DNA of 32,000 nt from Haloquadratum walsbyi C23 (GCF_000237865.1 NC_017459.1:150001-182000), one strand, 5' to 3'; shown: positions 9,174 through 17,168, counted from the first letter of the stretch. The notes: generated by a model from the letters alone, not told the origin. A program made the numbers and translations.

Positions 9174-9779
9174 GTGGATCTTGCAGTTCTTTACAGCGGT
9201 GGCAAAGACTCCTCACTTGCAGCATTACTTCTTGAGAAATTCTACGATATCCATCTTATCACTGGTTCCTTTGGAATAACAGACGACTGGCAACATGCTG
9301 CTGTAGCGGCTGACCAACTTGGATACTCATTTGAAACAATTGAGCTTGACCAAGATGTCGCTGAAGCAGCCGTAACGACGATGATCGAAGATGGATATCC
9401 GCGAAATGGGATTCAACGTGTCCATGAACATGCACTTGAGATGGCTGCACAGTTGGATGTCACCGCCATTGCGGATGGGACACGTCGCGATGACCGCGTC
9501 CCAACTATCTCACGGGCGCAAGCACAGAGTCTTGAGGATCGCCATGACATCGATTATCTTTCACCACTCAGTGGGTTTGGTCACCATGCGATTGATGAAC
9601 TAGTCACAGAACGCCTGAGTATAGACACGGGACCCTCAGTTGAAATTCCGAAAAGTGATTATGAAACAGAACTCCGCACACTGATTGCTGACCGTGTCGG
9701 ACCTGAGGCTGTCACATCTATCTTCCCAGCGCATACACAATCATATGTCAATCATCTCCGCTCCAATGATGACACATAA
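9174..9779 (+). CDS. PP-loop ATP pyrophosphatase superfamily protein, a Dph6-like (diphthine-ammonia ligase) candidate
   Basis: The N-terminal LAVLYSGGKDSSLAA is the SGGxDS PP-loop. It has a GTG start 7 nt after the preceding stop. The exact family is not resolved by eye. Confidence 0.55.
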   Translation: MDLAVLYSGGKDSSLAALLLEKFYDIHLITGSFGITDDWQHAAVAADQLGYSFETIELDQDVAEAAVTTMIEDGYPRNGIQRVHEHALEMAAQLDVTAIADGTRRDDRVPTISRAQAQSLEDRHDIDYLSPLSGFGHHAIDELVTERLSIDTGPSVEIPKSDYETELRTLIADRVGPEAVTSIFPAHTQSYVNHLRSNDDT

Positions 9780-9920
9780 CATAGATGAATAACGATGATC
9801 GTAATCTGAGCTATCTTCTCACCTCCATTTGATTATCGACTCTCGTCATATCGGTGATTGGCAATATGCTGTCTAATGTGGTTCAACAGCTTCAAGCGCA
9901 AGACTGCCGAAACGCGGCGT

Positions 9921-11225
9921 ATGTATGACCGATTGAAGGGGTTTCGCGACTTTTACCCCCCCGAGATGACCGCTCGACGGCAAGTTATTGATATACTTGA
10001 GACGACCGCAACTCAGTATGGATTCCGTGAAGTGGGGACGCCAACGCTTGAACAGACACAAATGTATGTCGATAAGAGCGGTGAGGGTATTGAAGAAGAG
10101 TTGTATGCGTTTAGCGATGATGGCGGACGGGATGTAACATTAATACCCGAACTGACGCCGACGGTCGCACGGATGGTTGTTGACAAACAACAAGCACTTT
10201 CAAAGCCAATTAAATGGGTTTCCACGCGACCATTCTGGCGGTATGAGCAGGTCCAGCAAGGACGGTTCCGAGAATTTTACCAGACAAATGTCGATATCTT
10301 CGGTACTGCCGATCCAATAGCTGACGCTGAGATTCTTGCGTTTGCTGCTGACGCTTTGAGGAATCTTGGACTGACTGCATCTGACTTTGAGTTCCGAGTC
10401 TCACACCGTGATATCCTGAGCGGACTTTTAGCCTCGATTACGAATGATGATGCCGATATTGATATCCGCGCTGCCATCCGTGCAGTCGATAAGCGTGCGA
10501 AGATTGAGCAAGCGGAGTATCACGGACTACTCACCGATGCTGGACTTAGTTATGACCAAGCACAGTCATTTGATGATCTTCTAACAACGGCTGATTTAGA
10601 TGAAATTGCAACTGTTGGCAACGATACAGTCACAACCGCAGTGCAAAATCTGCGCTCGGTCCTCGCTGCCGTTGATGATCTTGGTGTCGGTGAGTTTTGT
10701 GATATCTCATTAACAACTGCACGTGGACTCGATTATTACACTGGCGTTGTGTTTGAGTGCTTTGATGCAACCGGCGAGGTATCTCGATCTGTCTTTGGTG
10801 GGGGACGATATGATAACTTAATTGAAAGTTTTGGTGGGCAACCAACACCCGCGGTCGGAGTTGCTCCTGGTCTCGCACCATTGTCACTGTTATGCCAGCG
10901 TGCTGGTGTCTGGCCGACTGAGGAGTTGACAACAGACTATTACATTCTTACTGTCGGTGATACTCGCTCTGTTGCCACTCGAATTGCTCGTGAATTACGT
11001 GTAAGCAAAAACACTGTCGAGATTGATATTGCTGATCGGAGCTTCGGTGCACAGATGGGTTACGCAGACAGTATTAACGCTGAGACAGTCATCATCGTTG
11101 GAGAGCGGGATCTTGAGAATGATGAAATCACAATTAAAGATATGAATTCCGGTGATCAAACAACGGTTCCTGTGGAAGCATTCCCTGGCGATCATGATGC
11201 ACCAACATACGAAGACGTAGTGTAA
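9921..11225 (+). CDS. hisS: Histidyl-tRNA synthetase
   Basis: MYDRLKGFRDFYPPEM..LIPELTPTVARM..WRYEQVQQGRFREFYQTNVDIFG..GGGRYDNL are class IIa HisRS motifs. The track ORF starts further upstream at 9858. Confidence 0.9.
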   Translation: MYDRLKGFRDFYPPEMTARRQVIDILETTATQYGFREVGTPTLEQTQMYVDKSGEGIEEELYAFSDDGGRDVTLIPELTPTVARMVVDKQQALSKPIKWVSTRPFWRYEQVQQGRFREFYQTNVDIFGTADPIADAEILAFAADALRNLGLTASDFEFRVSHRDILSGLLASITNDDADIDIRAAIRAVDKRAKIEQAEYHGLLTDAGLSYDQAQSFDDLLTTADLDEIATVGNDTVTTAVQNLRSVLAAVDDLGVGEFCDISLTTARGLDYYTGVVFECFDATGEVSRSVFGGGRYDNLIESFGGQPTPAVGVAPGLAPLSLLCQRAGVWPTEELTTDYYILTVGDTRSVATRIARELRVSKNTVEIDIADRSFGAQMGYADSINAETVIIVGERDLENDEITIKDMNSGDQTTVPVEAFPGDHDAPTYEDVV

Positions 11226-11295
11226 TCAATCATTCACCGATATTACAGTATTATGACTCTCAAATACTACCTGCTCACGCCATTACGCCCCTAAG

Positions 11296-12126
11296 ATGTC
11301 GGCTCAGATGCGTGCATTTCGGCTTGCATACGATGGACGTCCATTCTCTGGATTTCAGCGGCAACCGTCGGTGCCAACCGTTGAGGATTCGCTTTTTGAT
11401 GCACTTGACTCACTTGATGTGTTTAACCGTGATACTGATTCGAAGCCATCAGGATACGCAGCAGCAGGCAGAACGGATGCTGGTGTATCAGCACTCAGAC
11501 AAACAGTCGGATTTGAGTGCCCCTCATGGTGCACACCTCGAGCATTAAATAGTGAACTTCCTACAAGCGTCCGGGCATGGGCAAGTGCTGATGTTCAATC
11601 TGGATTTCATGCCACTCATGATGCTCTCCAACGGACATATACATATTATCTGTATGGACCAGAACTTGATATGAATCGGCTCAACACTGCTGCAGAGATA
11701 CTTTCTGGTAAGCATGACTTCCACAATTTCACATCCGATGATGATGGCACGACACGCAAGTTATCGATCACACTCGAGTTTGATGATCCCTTCATTACTG
11801 CACGAATAACTGCTGATGGATTCCCCCGATCACTCATTCGTCGTCTTATGTCTGCACTTCGCGGCGTTGGCTCAGAGTCGATGACAATTGAAACACTTAC
11901 AGGACTGTTGAATACAGTGCCACAAACCGGTCCAGATGGTATTCCGACAGCCTCCCCGGAACCACTTATTTTGACAAGGGTTACATATCCAGATGCTACT
12001 TTTCGAATAGATAATCGTGCAATTAACTCTCTCAAATCTGTTTTTACACATCGATATCAGCGCTGTCTTACCCAGGCACGTGTTGCTGAGCACATTGTGT
12101 CAAAATCAGGATCAGATCAGAACTAG
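11296..12126 (+). CDS. truA: tRNA pseudouridine(38-40) synthase
   Basis: It contains MRAFRLAYDGRPFSGFQRQP..AAAGRTDAGVSALRQTV, with the catalytic Asp motif. An alternative start is at 11308. Confidence 0.85.
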   Translation: MSAQMRAFRLAYDGRPFSGFQRQPSVPTVEDSLFDALDSLDVFNRDTDSKPSGYAAAGRTDAGVSALRQTVGFECPSWCTPRALNSELPTSVRAWASADVQSGFHATHDALQRTYTYYLYGPELDMNRLNTAAEILSGKHDFHNFTSDDDGTTRKLSITLEFDDPFITARITADGFPRSLIRRLMSALRGVGSESMTIETLTGLLNTVPQTGPDGIPTASPEPLILTRVTYPDATFRIDNRAINSLKSVFTHRYQRCLTQARVAEHIVSKSGSDQN

Positions 12127-12363
12127 TGACAAACTCAGACACTGACAGTAATGTACACGACGATGCCGACTCATAGACCCAATGAAATCACACTGAGTAG
12201 TACTCTTGAGCGGACTGTATCATATTCTAACTCGGACACTCACCGACTGGTAGGATATCATGATACGAACATTCCTCAAACGTATATACAAACATTATAA
12301 AATATCCTAAATTCATGTATTTGTCCCTAAATATTATGATAGTTGGGCAAAGATGCGGAATTA

Positions 12364-12522
12364 ATGCCGCACTGTGAGAACTGTGGTTCATTTGTCACCG
12401 CGGAGTATGTACGCGTGTTTGCCCCTGAAGAACTGGATCGTCCTCGTGTATGCCCAAATTGCGATGATAAAGTTCGAGACGGTGCTGACGTTCGTGAAGC
12501 GCGTGCAACGAGACACTCCTAA
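12364..12522 (+). CDS. Small zinc-finger protein (52 aa, two CxxC pairs)
   Basis: It falls below the track cutoff. Hand translation gives MPHCENCGSFVTAEYVRVFAPEELDRPRVCPNCDDKVRDGADVREARATRHS*. The listed ORF 12374..12649 lies in another frame and is non-acidic. Confidence 0.65.
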   Translation: MPHCENCGSFVTAEYVRVFAPEELDRPRVCPNCDDKVRDGADVREARATRHS

Positions 12523-12632
12523 CAGACATGATAACTGTGGAAAACATAGAAATCCTATCTCGCCTGCATATCATGCTTCACTCTCACGGTTATTGCGCGG
12601 TCTGGATAAAATAAAGATACCATTGCCATTGA

Positions 12633-12839
12633 TATCTTTCTCGGCGTGAGCGCGGAGGAATCCTGAACGTGAGTGTGAGTGGTGGGGATTGGAGGGTCGC
12701 AGTCCCACCATGCATCCAGACGGTGAAAATCGGGCGGTCATCGACTGCTTCCGATCATTGTTTGATTGCCCGAAGTGGCGAAGCCGCCATCGTCGGACAC
12801 GGCAGAATCACCCCGTTCTCGCCTGATTCTTATTTTTGA
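12633..12839 (+). repeat. Short copy (A) of a dispersed element family; it holds an open 68-codon frame with only GTG starts (12669/12675)
   Basis: 12651-12679 matches the reverse complement of 25924-25952 at 27/29 nt. 12778-12797 matches the reverse complement of 25458-25477 at 19/20 nt. A leading hairpin ctcggcg-tgag-cgcggag sits at 12640-12657. The ends are nested-complementary (gaatc/gattc, gaacg/cgttc, ggggatt/aatcacccc). It ends in a T5 run. Confidence 0.8.
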
Positions 12840-12969
12840 AGAGAGTTGTCTGCGAATTAATATCACGGATTGAAATCTCGGGTGATCAGTCGAACGTGGA
12901 ATGCTTCCGGATTGTCCAGACAGACTATTGAGTGATAAGCTTCACCTCTGTTGCCGTTTATCTATATAT

Positions 12970-14769
12970 ATGAGTTCGATTCCCGAACGAAACGAGATTG
13001 AGACCGAATATACCTGGGATCTTTCAGGTATCTATACTGACGCTGCGGAATGGGAATCAGCGTATGAGTCAGTTCAGGATCAACTGACAGATCTCAAAGA
13101 ATATGAAGGACATGTGACTGAGTCGCCGTCAACACTTCTGGAGTTGCTTGAGCAGCGCGAGGAGATATTCCGAACATTGGCAACGGTAAGCACATATGCG
13201 AATCTTCGCAGCGCTGAGGACACGCGTGATCAGGAATCTCAGGCTCGACAGTCGAAAGCTGAGTCGTTATCATCTCGCGCCCGCTCGGCAATTAGTTTCA
13301 TTGAGCCTGAATTGCAGGAGCTTGACAGCGAAGAAATAAGCTCATTCTGCGAACACGAACCGGCACTCAAGCAATATGAACATTTCTTCGATGATGTCCT
13401 TCGGGCAAAGCCACATACGCGATCTTCCGAGGTTGAGTCTGTGCTTGCAGATCTTGGTGAAATCGCGAGTTCACCGTCAGATATCTATGGAATGTTATCA
13501 AATGCCGACATGACATTCCCAACCGTTGATCATCCAGACCCTGGTGAGGATACAATTGAAATAACTCTTGGAAACTTCACAAAGCTACAAAAACATCCAG
13601 ACCGCGCATTTCGACAGACCGTTTACGAGCAGTTCTATGATGAGTGGAAGGATGTTCGGAATACAGTCGGAACCGCATTACAAAACAGCGTAAAGAAAGA
13701 TGTCAAATACGCCCGTGCCCGACGATATGAATCTGCCCGTGCTGCCTCACTTGATGGTCCAAATGTTCCTGTAACGGTATATGATACTCTGTGCGAGACC
13801 GTTCGAGATAATCTTGAGCATCTTCATCGTCATGCCCGACTAAAACAAGCAGCTCTTAATCTTAATGAACTTCGTCCCTGGGATTTTTACATCTCACTCA
13901 CCGGTGATGAGAGTCCTAAAATTCCATATGACCGTGCAACAACATATATTACTGATGCCGTTGCTCCACTTGGGTCGGAATATCAACAGCGTGTCGCTGA
14001 TGGGCTTGAATCTCGGTGGGTTGATGTCTATGAGAATCGCGGAAAACGATCTGGTGCGTTTTCCTCTGGAGCATATGATACGCAGCCATTTATTCTGATG
14101 AATTATCAAGATGATATTTCATCGATGTTTACTCTTGCACATGAACTCGGTCATTCAATGCACTCCGAGCTCGCGAAGAACGCCCAACCGTGGCAGTATG
14201 CTGATTACACAATATTTGTTGCTGAGGTAGCGTCGACAGTCAATGAAACGTTATTAACTAATCATTTGCTTGAAACGCTTGAGGATGACACGCTTCGTTT
14301 ACACATTCTTGATGAGTATCTTGAGCGTGTTCGCTCGACGCTTTACAGACAAACAATGTTTGCAGAATTTGAATCAACCATTCACGAAATAATCGAGGAG
14401 GGTGGCGCACTCACGCCTGATCGCTTTGATGAAATATATCGTGACTTGAAAGAAACATATTATCAACCAGCGGTACTTGATGACCGAATCGCTCGTGAGT
14501 GGATGCGTATTCCACATTTCTATTATTCGTTTTATGTCTATCAGTATGCAACCGGCATTTCAGCCGCTATTGCGATTGTTGATCAAATTGATACAGACGG
14601 AGAAGATGCGGCTGAAGACTATCGAAGTGCACTCGAACTTGGAGGCTCAGCATATCCAATCGATATTCTCCAAACAGCTGGTGTTGATATGACTGATGCG
14701 GCACCAATTGAATCTGCACTCACAGGATATGCCGACTATCTTGATCAGATGGAGGCGCTTATTGAGTAG
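12970..14769 (+). CDS. pepF: Oligoendopeptidase F (M3B family)
   Basis: It has an HELGHSMH zinc motif, about 600 aa, and N-terminal PERNEIETEYTWDLSGIY typical of PepF. The ATG is at 12970. Confidence 0.85.
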   Translation: MSSIPERNEIETEYTWDLSGIYTDAAEWESAYESVQDQLTDLKEYEGHVTESPSTLLELLEQREEIFRTLATVSTYANLRSAEDTRDQESQARQSKAESLSSRARSAISFIEPELQELDSEEISSFCEHEPALKQYEHFFDDVLRAKPHTRSSEVESVLADLGEIASSPSDIYGMLSNADMTFPTVDHPDPGEDTIEITLGNFTKLQKHPDRAFRQTVYEQFYDEWKDVRNTVGTALQNSVKKDVKYARARRYESARAASLDGPNVPVTVYDTLCETVRDNLEHLHRHARLKQAALNLNELRPWDFYISLTGDESPKIPYDRATTYITDAVAPLGSEYQQRVADGLESRWVDVYENRGKRSGAFSSGAYDTQPFILMNYQDDISSMFTLAHELGHSMHSELAKNAQPWQYADYTIFVAEVASTVNETLLTNHLLETLEDDTLRLHILDEYLERVRSTLYRQTMFAEFESTIHEIIEEGGALTPDRFDEIYRDLKETYYQPAVLDDRIAREWMRIPHFYYSFYVYQYATGISAAIAIVDQIDTDGEDAAEDYRSALELGGSAYPIDILQTAGVDMTDAAPIESALTGYADYLDQMEALIE

Positions 14770-14788
14770 GCGTTCGTAGCTATACTTG

Positions 14789-15010
14789 ACGGAGAGGCGA
14801 TGTTGAGCAATTAGCACACTATGCTTGTGTGATATCCTCCTGATGAACGGCGGGGCTTTCCCGCACGGTCGATCCGTGCTAGTTTGGAAACCTCGGGTTT
14901 GTCTCCTGTCGTGATACAGGGAGTGCCACACCCCGTTATCTCTATCCACGGTGGATTCGGGAATACTTTGCTTATTTTCTGACGCTTTCCACAGCGATCA
15001 ACTCGGCGGG
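14789..15010 (+). repeat. Probable diverged third copy (C) of the element family
   Basis: Colinear short matches support it. gggagtgccaca (14919-14930) equals the reverse complement of 25803-25814. The hairpin gcacgg-tcgat-ccgtgc (14863-14879) parallels the reverse complement of 25861-25880. caccccgtt (14929-14937) equals 12809-12817. A gattc..ttatttt tail resembles copy A. Each match is short, so the call is tentative. Confidence 0.4.
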
Positions 15011-15396
15011 AATACCGTCGAACGACCAGATACAACTCCTGATACTGTCCGTTATACCGGGCGGATGAACCGCTTCGATTGGCATTATAGACGGGTTGTA
15101 CCTCTAAACATACTGGTGACGGCAGGGTTTTAGAGTCTGCATTCAGTATAAGTAGATTCTGCAGACGTTGTGGAACATTGATACAATATCAAGTCGGGTG
15201 ACACGTGGTCTGTGTGTCTGAACCGGGGGAAGACCCCGGAAGGGTGGGTATGGACCAGTACTTTGTCTAGCCCGATATTGTTCGACGAGGTAGTGTTCGG
15301 AATCTCAGTGCAACTCAATGTGAGCAAAAATATAAGATATCGCTCATCTGTAACGATGAGTACTTTTTTAGGACGTAATTTGTAGCTAATCTCAAG

Positions 15397-15585
15397 ATGG
15401 TTAGCAGAGAAAGTGTCAACGAAATCTTTCTGCCTGACAAGGAGGATTGTCTGAAATATCTCCGTGAACATCGATGACCAGATGAGGTAACGTGTCCGCA
15501 CTTCCATAGCACTCCGTGAAACATCTTGAATCATCGTCCTACGCAACAGTATCAACGGCTACTCTATGACAATATTTTGAATTGA
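15397..15585 (+). pseudogene. Relic of an IS1595-family transposase N-terminus (Zn-ribbon domain), with in-frame stops and a 3' truncation
   Basis: Hand translation gives MVSRESVNEIFLPDKEDCLKYLREHR*PDEVTCPHFHSTP*NILNHRPTQQYQRLLYDNILN*. This fits the IS1595 Zn-ribbon pattern (F..EE.C..YL...RWP.G..CP.C.S...QRY.C..C), with TGG>TGA at 15475 and Cys>Phe changes. Confidence 0.5.
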
Positions 15586-15629
15586 ACTCCTCAATAAGTT
15601 CTCAGGAGCACTACACGCGGAGGAGGATG

Positions 15630-16574
15630 TCAATCAGTCTCGAAAGTATCTTCGAGTGCATTACTGACTATTTGACCCGGCGGACGATTTTCGACAGACG
15701 CTCGTCGTCGCAGTTCGCGATATAGTGGGATTGGCAATGAAAGTTCAATCGATCCAACAGTGATTCCCCGCTCAGCGAGTGCTTCAGCCGCGGTTGTATC
15801 ATTATCAACCTCACTTGCAATCCGTCGCACTTCACGAACAGTAAGATCAGCATCAATAACAGCCCACGCGAGATCAAGCCGATCAAGCCCTGAGACGCGC
15901 GCAATATGTTTTGCGGCTGTTGGCGCGATATCACCGCGAGCAACATGGCGTCTAATCGCCTGTGGAAGGTCATGCACTCGTGCCCACTTTCGCACAAAAG
16001 AGATTGAAACATCACCACCTGCACGTTCCACCGCTTGCTTATATGACCCAACGCCTCTTACAAGGGCAGCACACGCAGCGGCTCCGCGAAGAATATACAC
16101 ATTGTCATCAGCACCAACAGTGTTCTCAGAAAATGCCCGTACGGTCTGTGCAGCCGATGTAATACTTGCTGGGTCTGTCGGGTCAAATTCAACTGCCTCG
16201 CGTGCCCGCTGTCCTGTGATAGCCGGGTCAGACCGAACAACTGGTTCGCCAACAGGCTCCTCACGATCCGCTGGTGGACGAACTGAGGGGTCTCCGCCGT
16301 CGCTGCGAAGTTGAGTAAAACTTGGTGCAGAATCATCATTATCAATATTACTGTTATTATGTGTCATAGTGAGGCTAATATTAGTATCAGTGTCAGTGTC
16401 AGTGATAGTGATTAAACAAGTGGCTTGAATTTTCGTCTCATCCGACTCAGGTCCAACGTCGATATTGGTATCAATATCGCTGTTTATGTCGAACTCTCGT
16501 TCCGAACGATGTCTCGACACTGAATCCAGCCGGTTGCTAGGTTTCCCACTAGAGTCATAATTATCCTCACTCAT
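15630..16574 (-). CDS. Acidic hypothetical protein: disordered D/T/N-rich N-terminal half, ParB/KorB-like HTH, C-terminal ribbon-helix-helix-like tail
   Basis: VSISFVRKWARVHDLPQAIRRHVARGDIAPTAAKHIARV resembles a ParB-type HTH. IELSLPIPLYRELRRRASVENRPPGQIVSNALEDTF resembles a CopG/Arc RHH. I start at the ATG at 16574 (MSEDNYD). The track start at 16670 adds a basic stretch overlapping the upstream gene. Confidence 0.6.
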   Translation of the reverse strand: MSEDNYDSSGKPSNRLDSVSRHRSEREFDINSDIDTNIDVGPESDETKIQATCLITITDTDTDTNISLTMTHNNSNIDNDDSAPSFTQLRSDGGDPSVRPPADREEPVGEPVVRSDPAITGQRAREAVEFDPTDPASITSAAQTVRAFSENTVGADDNVYILRGAAACAALVRGVGSYKQAVERAGGDVSISFVRKWARVHDLPQAIRRHVARGDIAPTAAKHIARVSGLDRLDLAWAVIDADLTVREVRRIASEVDNDTTAAEALAERGITVGSIELSLPIPLYRELRRRASVENRPPGQIVSNALEDTFETD

Positions 16575-16627
16575 CTCGTATATTGATAATCTGGCATCGG
16601 GTAAAAGTTCCACCCCGCTTCTGCCTG

Positions 16628-16852
16628 TCAATCTCGACTCTCTGAGAGGTGTTCCCAGATTTCTGTGCATCCAGCACCATCAGCAAGATCATCGAGGTGA
16701 CTACTCTCGTCATTTGATGTAGATGCAGCGTCAGATGAAGCAGTGTCAACGTTTGATTCCTCACTCTCTATATCCTGTTCGTCGCTGTCGATGCGTTGCT
16801 CCGGGTCAATAGCATCGATCTGGCGATCACTATCACTGCTTACACCCGTCAT
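16628..16852 (-). CDS. Very acidic 74-aa hypothetical protein
   Basis: The composition is extremely D/E/S-rich, with a distinctive C-terminus GAGCTEIWEHLSESRD. Its ATG overlaps the stop of the upstream ORF (ATGA, 16849-16852), which suggests translational coupling. Confidence 0.55.
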   Translation of the reverse strand: MTGVSSDSDRQIDAIDPEQRIDSDEQDIESEESNVDTASSDAASTSNDESSHLDDLADGAGCTEIWEHLSESRD

Positions 16853-17079
16853 TGTGACGACTCCTGTGTATCAGCATTATACAGTTCAGGAGCGACATCT
16901 GCGGACGCATGCTGACGGGAGGTCACATCAAGATTCTTTTTTGATTCAGATCTGAGCTTATTTTCATTTGTCTGTTCAGTATTAGCTTTTCTCGTCCCAG
17001 AGTCGACGATCGCCGCTCGTTTAATTGCTATTGCAGCAACCGAGTTGATTGCCGACTGTGGATTCAAATCAGTCATCAC
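16849..17079 (-). CDS. 76-aa hypothetical protein, first gene of the minus-strand operon
   Basis: The ORF has a 4-nt overlap with the next gene. A TATA-like ttata on the minus strand at 17103-17107 lies about 26 nt upstream of its ATG (leaderless geometry). Its composition is only mildly acidic, so coding status is less certain. Confidence 0.4.
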   Translation of the reverse strand: MMTDLNPQSAINSVAAIAIKRAAIVDSGTRKANTEQTNENKLRSESKKNLDVTSRQHASADVAPELYNADTQESSQ

Positions 17080-17102
17080 CTCAAATAATCTCTTTACTGC
17101 TG

Positions 17103-17107
17103 TATAA
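17103..17107 (-). promoter_or_regulatory. TATA-box candidate for the 17079 operon
   Basis: Minus-strand cttataca is centred about 26 nt from the ATG at 17079. Confidence 0.3.
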
Positions 17108-17143
17108 GAGCCGCTGCAAGAGTGAATTCAACCCCTACTCCCG

Positions 17144-17168
17144 AATACCAGAATTTTATGCTGGTATT
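17144..17168. promoter_or_regulatory. Perfect 8-bp inverted repeat with a 9-nt AT-rich spacer in the divergent intergenic region
   Basis: aataccag-aattttatg-ctggtatt, read directly. It lies between the minus operon (start 17079) and the plus nirA operon. Confidence 0.45.

Noticed and set aside
12374-12649. A 91-aa listed ORF
   Set aside because: It lies in a different frame from the convincing 52-aa zinc-finger gene and has a basic, low-complexity product.
15130-15555. A 141-aa minus-strand ORF in the pepF-downstream gap
   Set aside because: It is antisense to the recognisable IS1595-type relic, has a non-acidic composition and shows no motif.
15760-16314. A 184-aa plus-strand ORF opposite the ParB-like gene
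   Set aside because: It is extremely Arg/Ser/Ala-rich, the typical antisense shadow of a GC-richer acidic gene.
15630-16330. Possible GC-rich foreign island (horizontal transfer) at the ParB-like gene
   Set aside because: My hand counts of 60-nt lines give about 47-62% GC. That is similar to other coding segments such as the hisS 5' end, so there is no clear compositional break.
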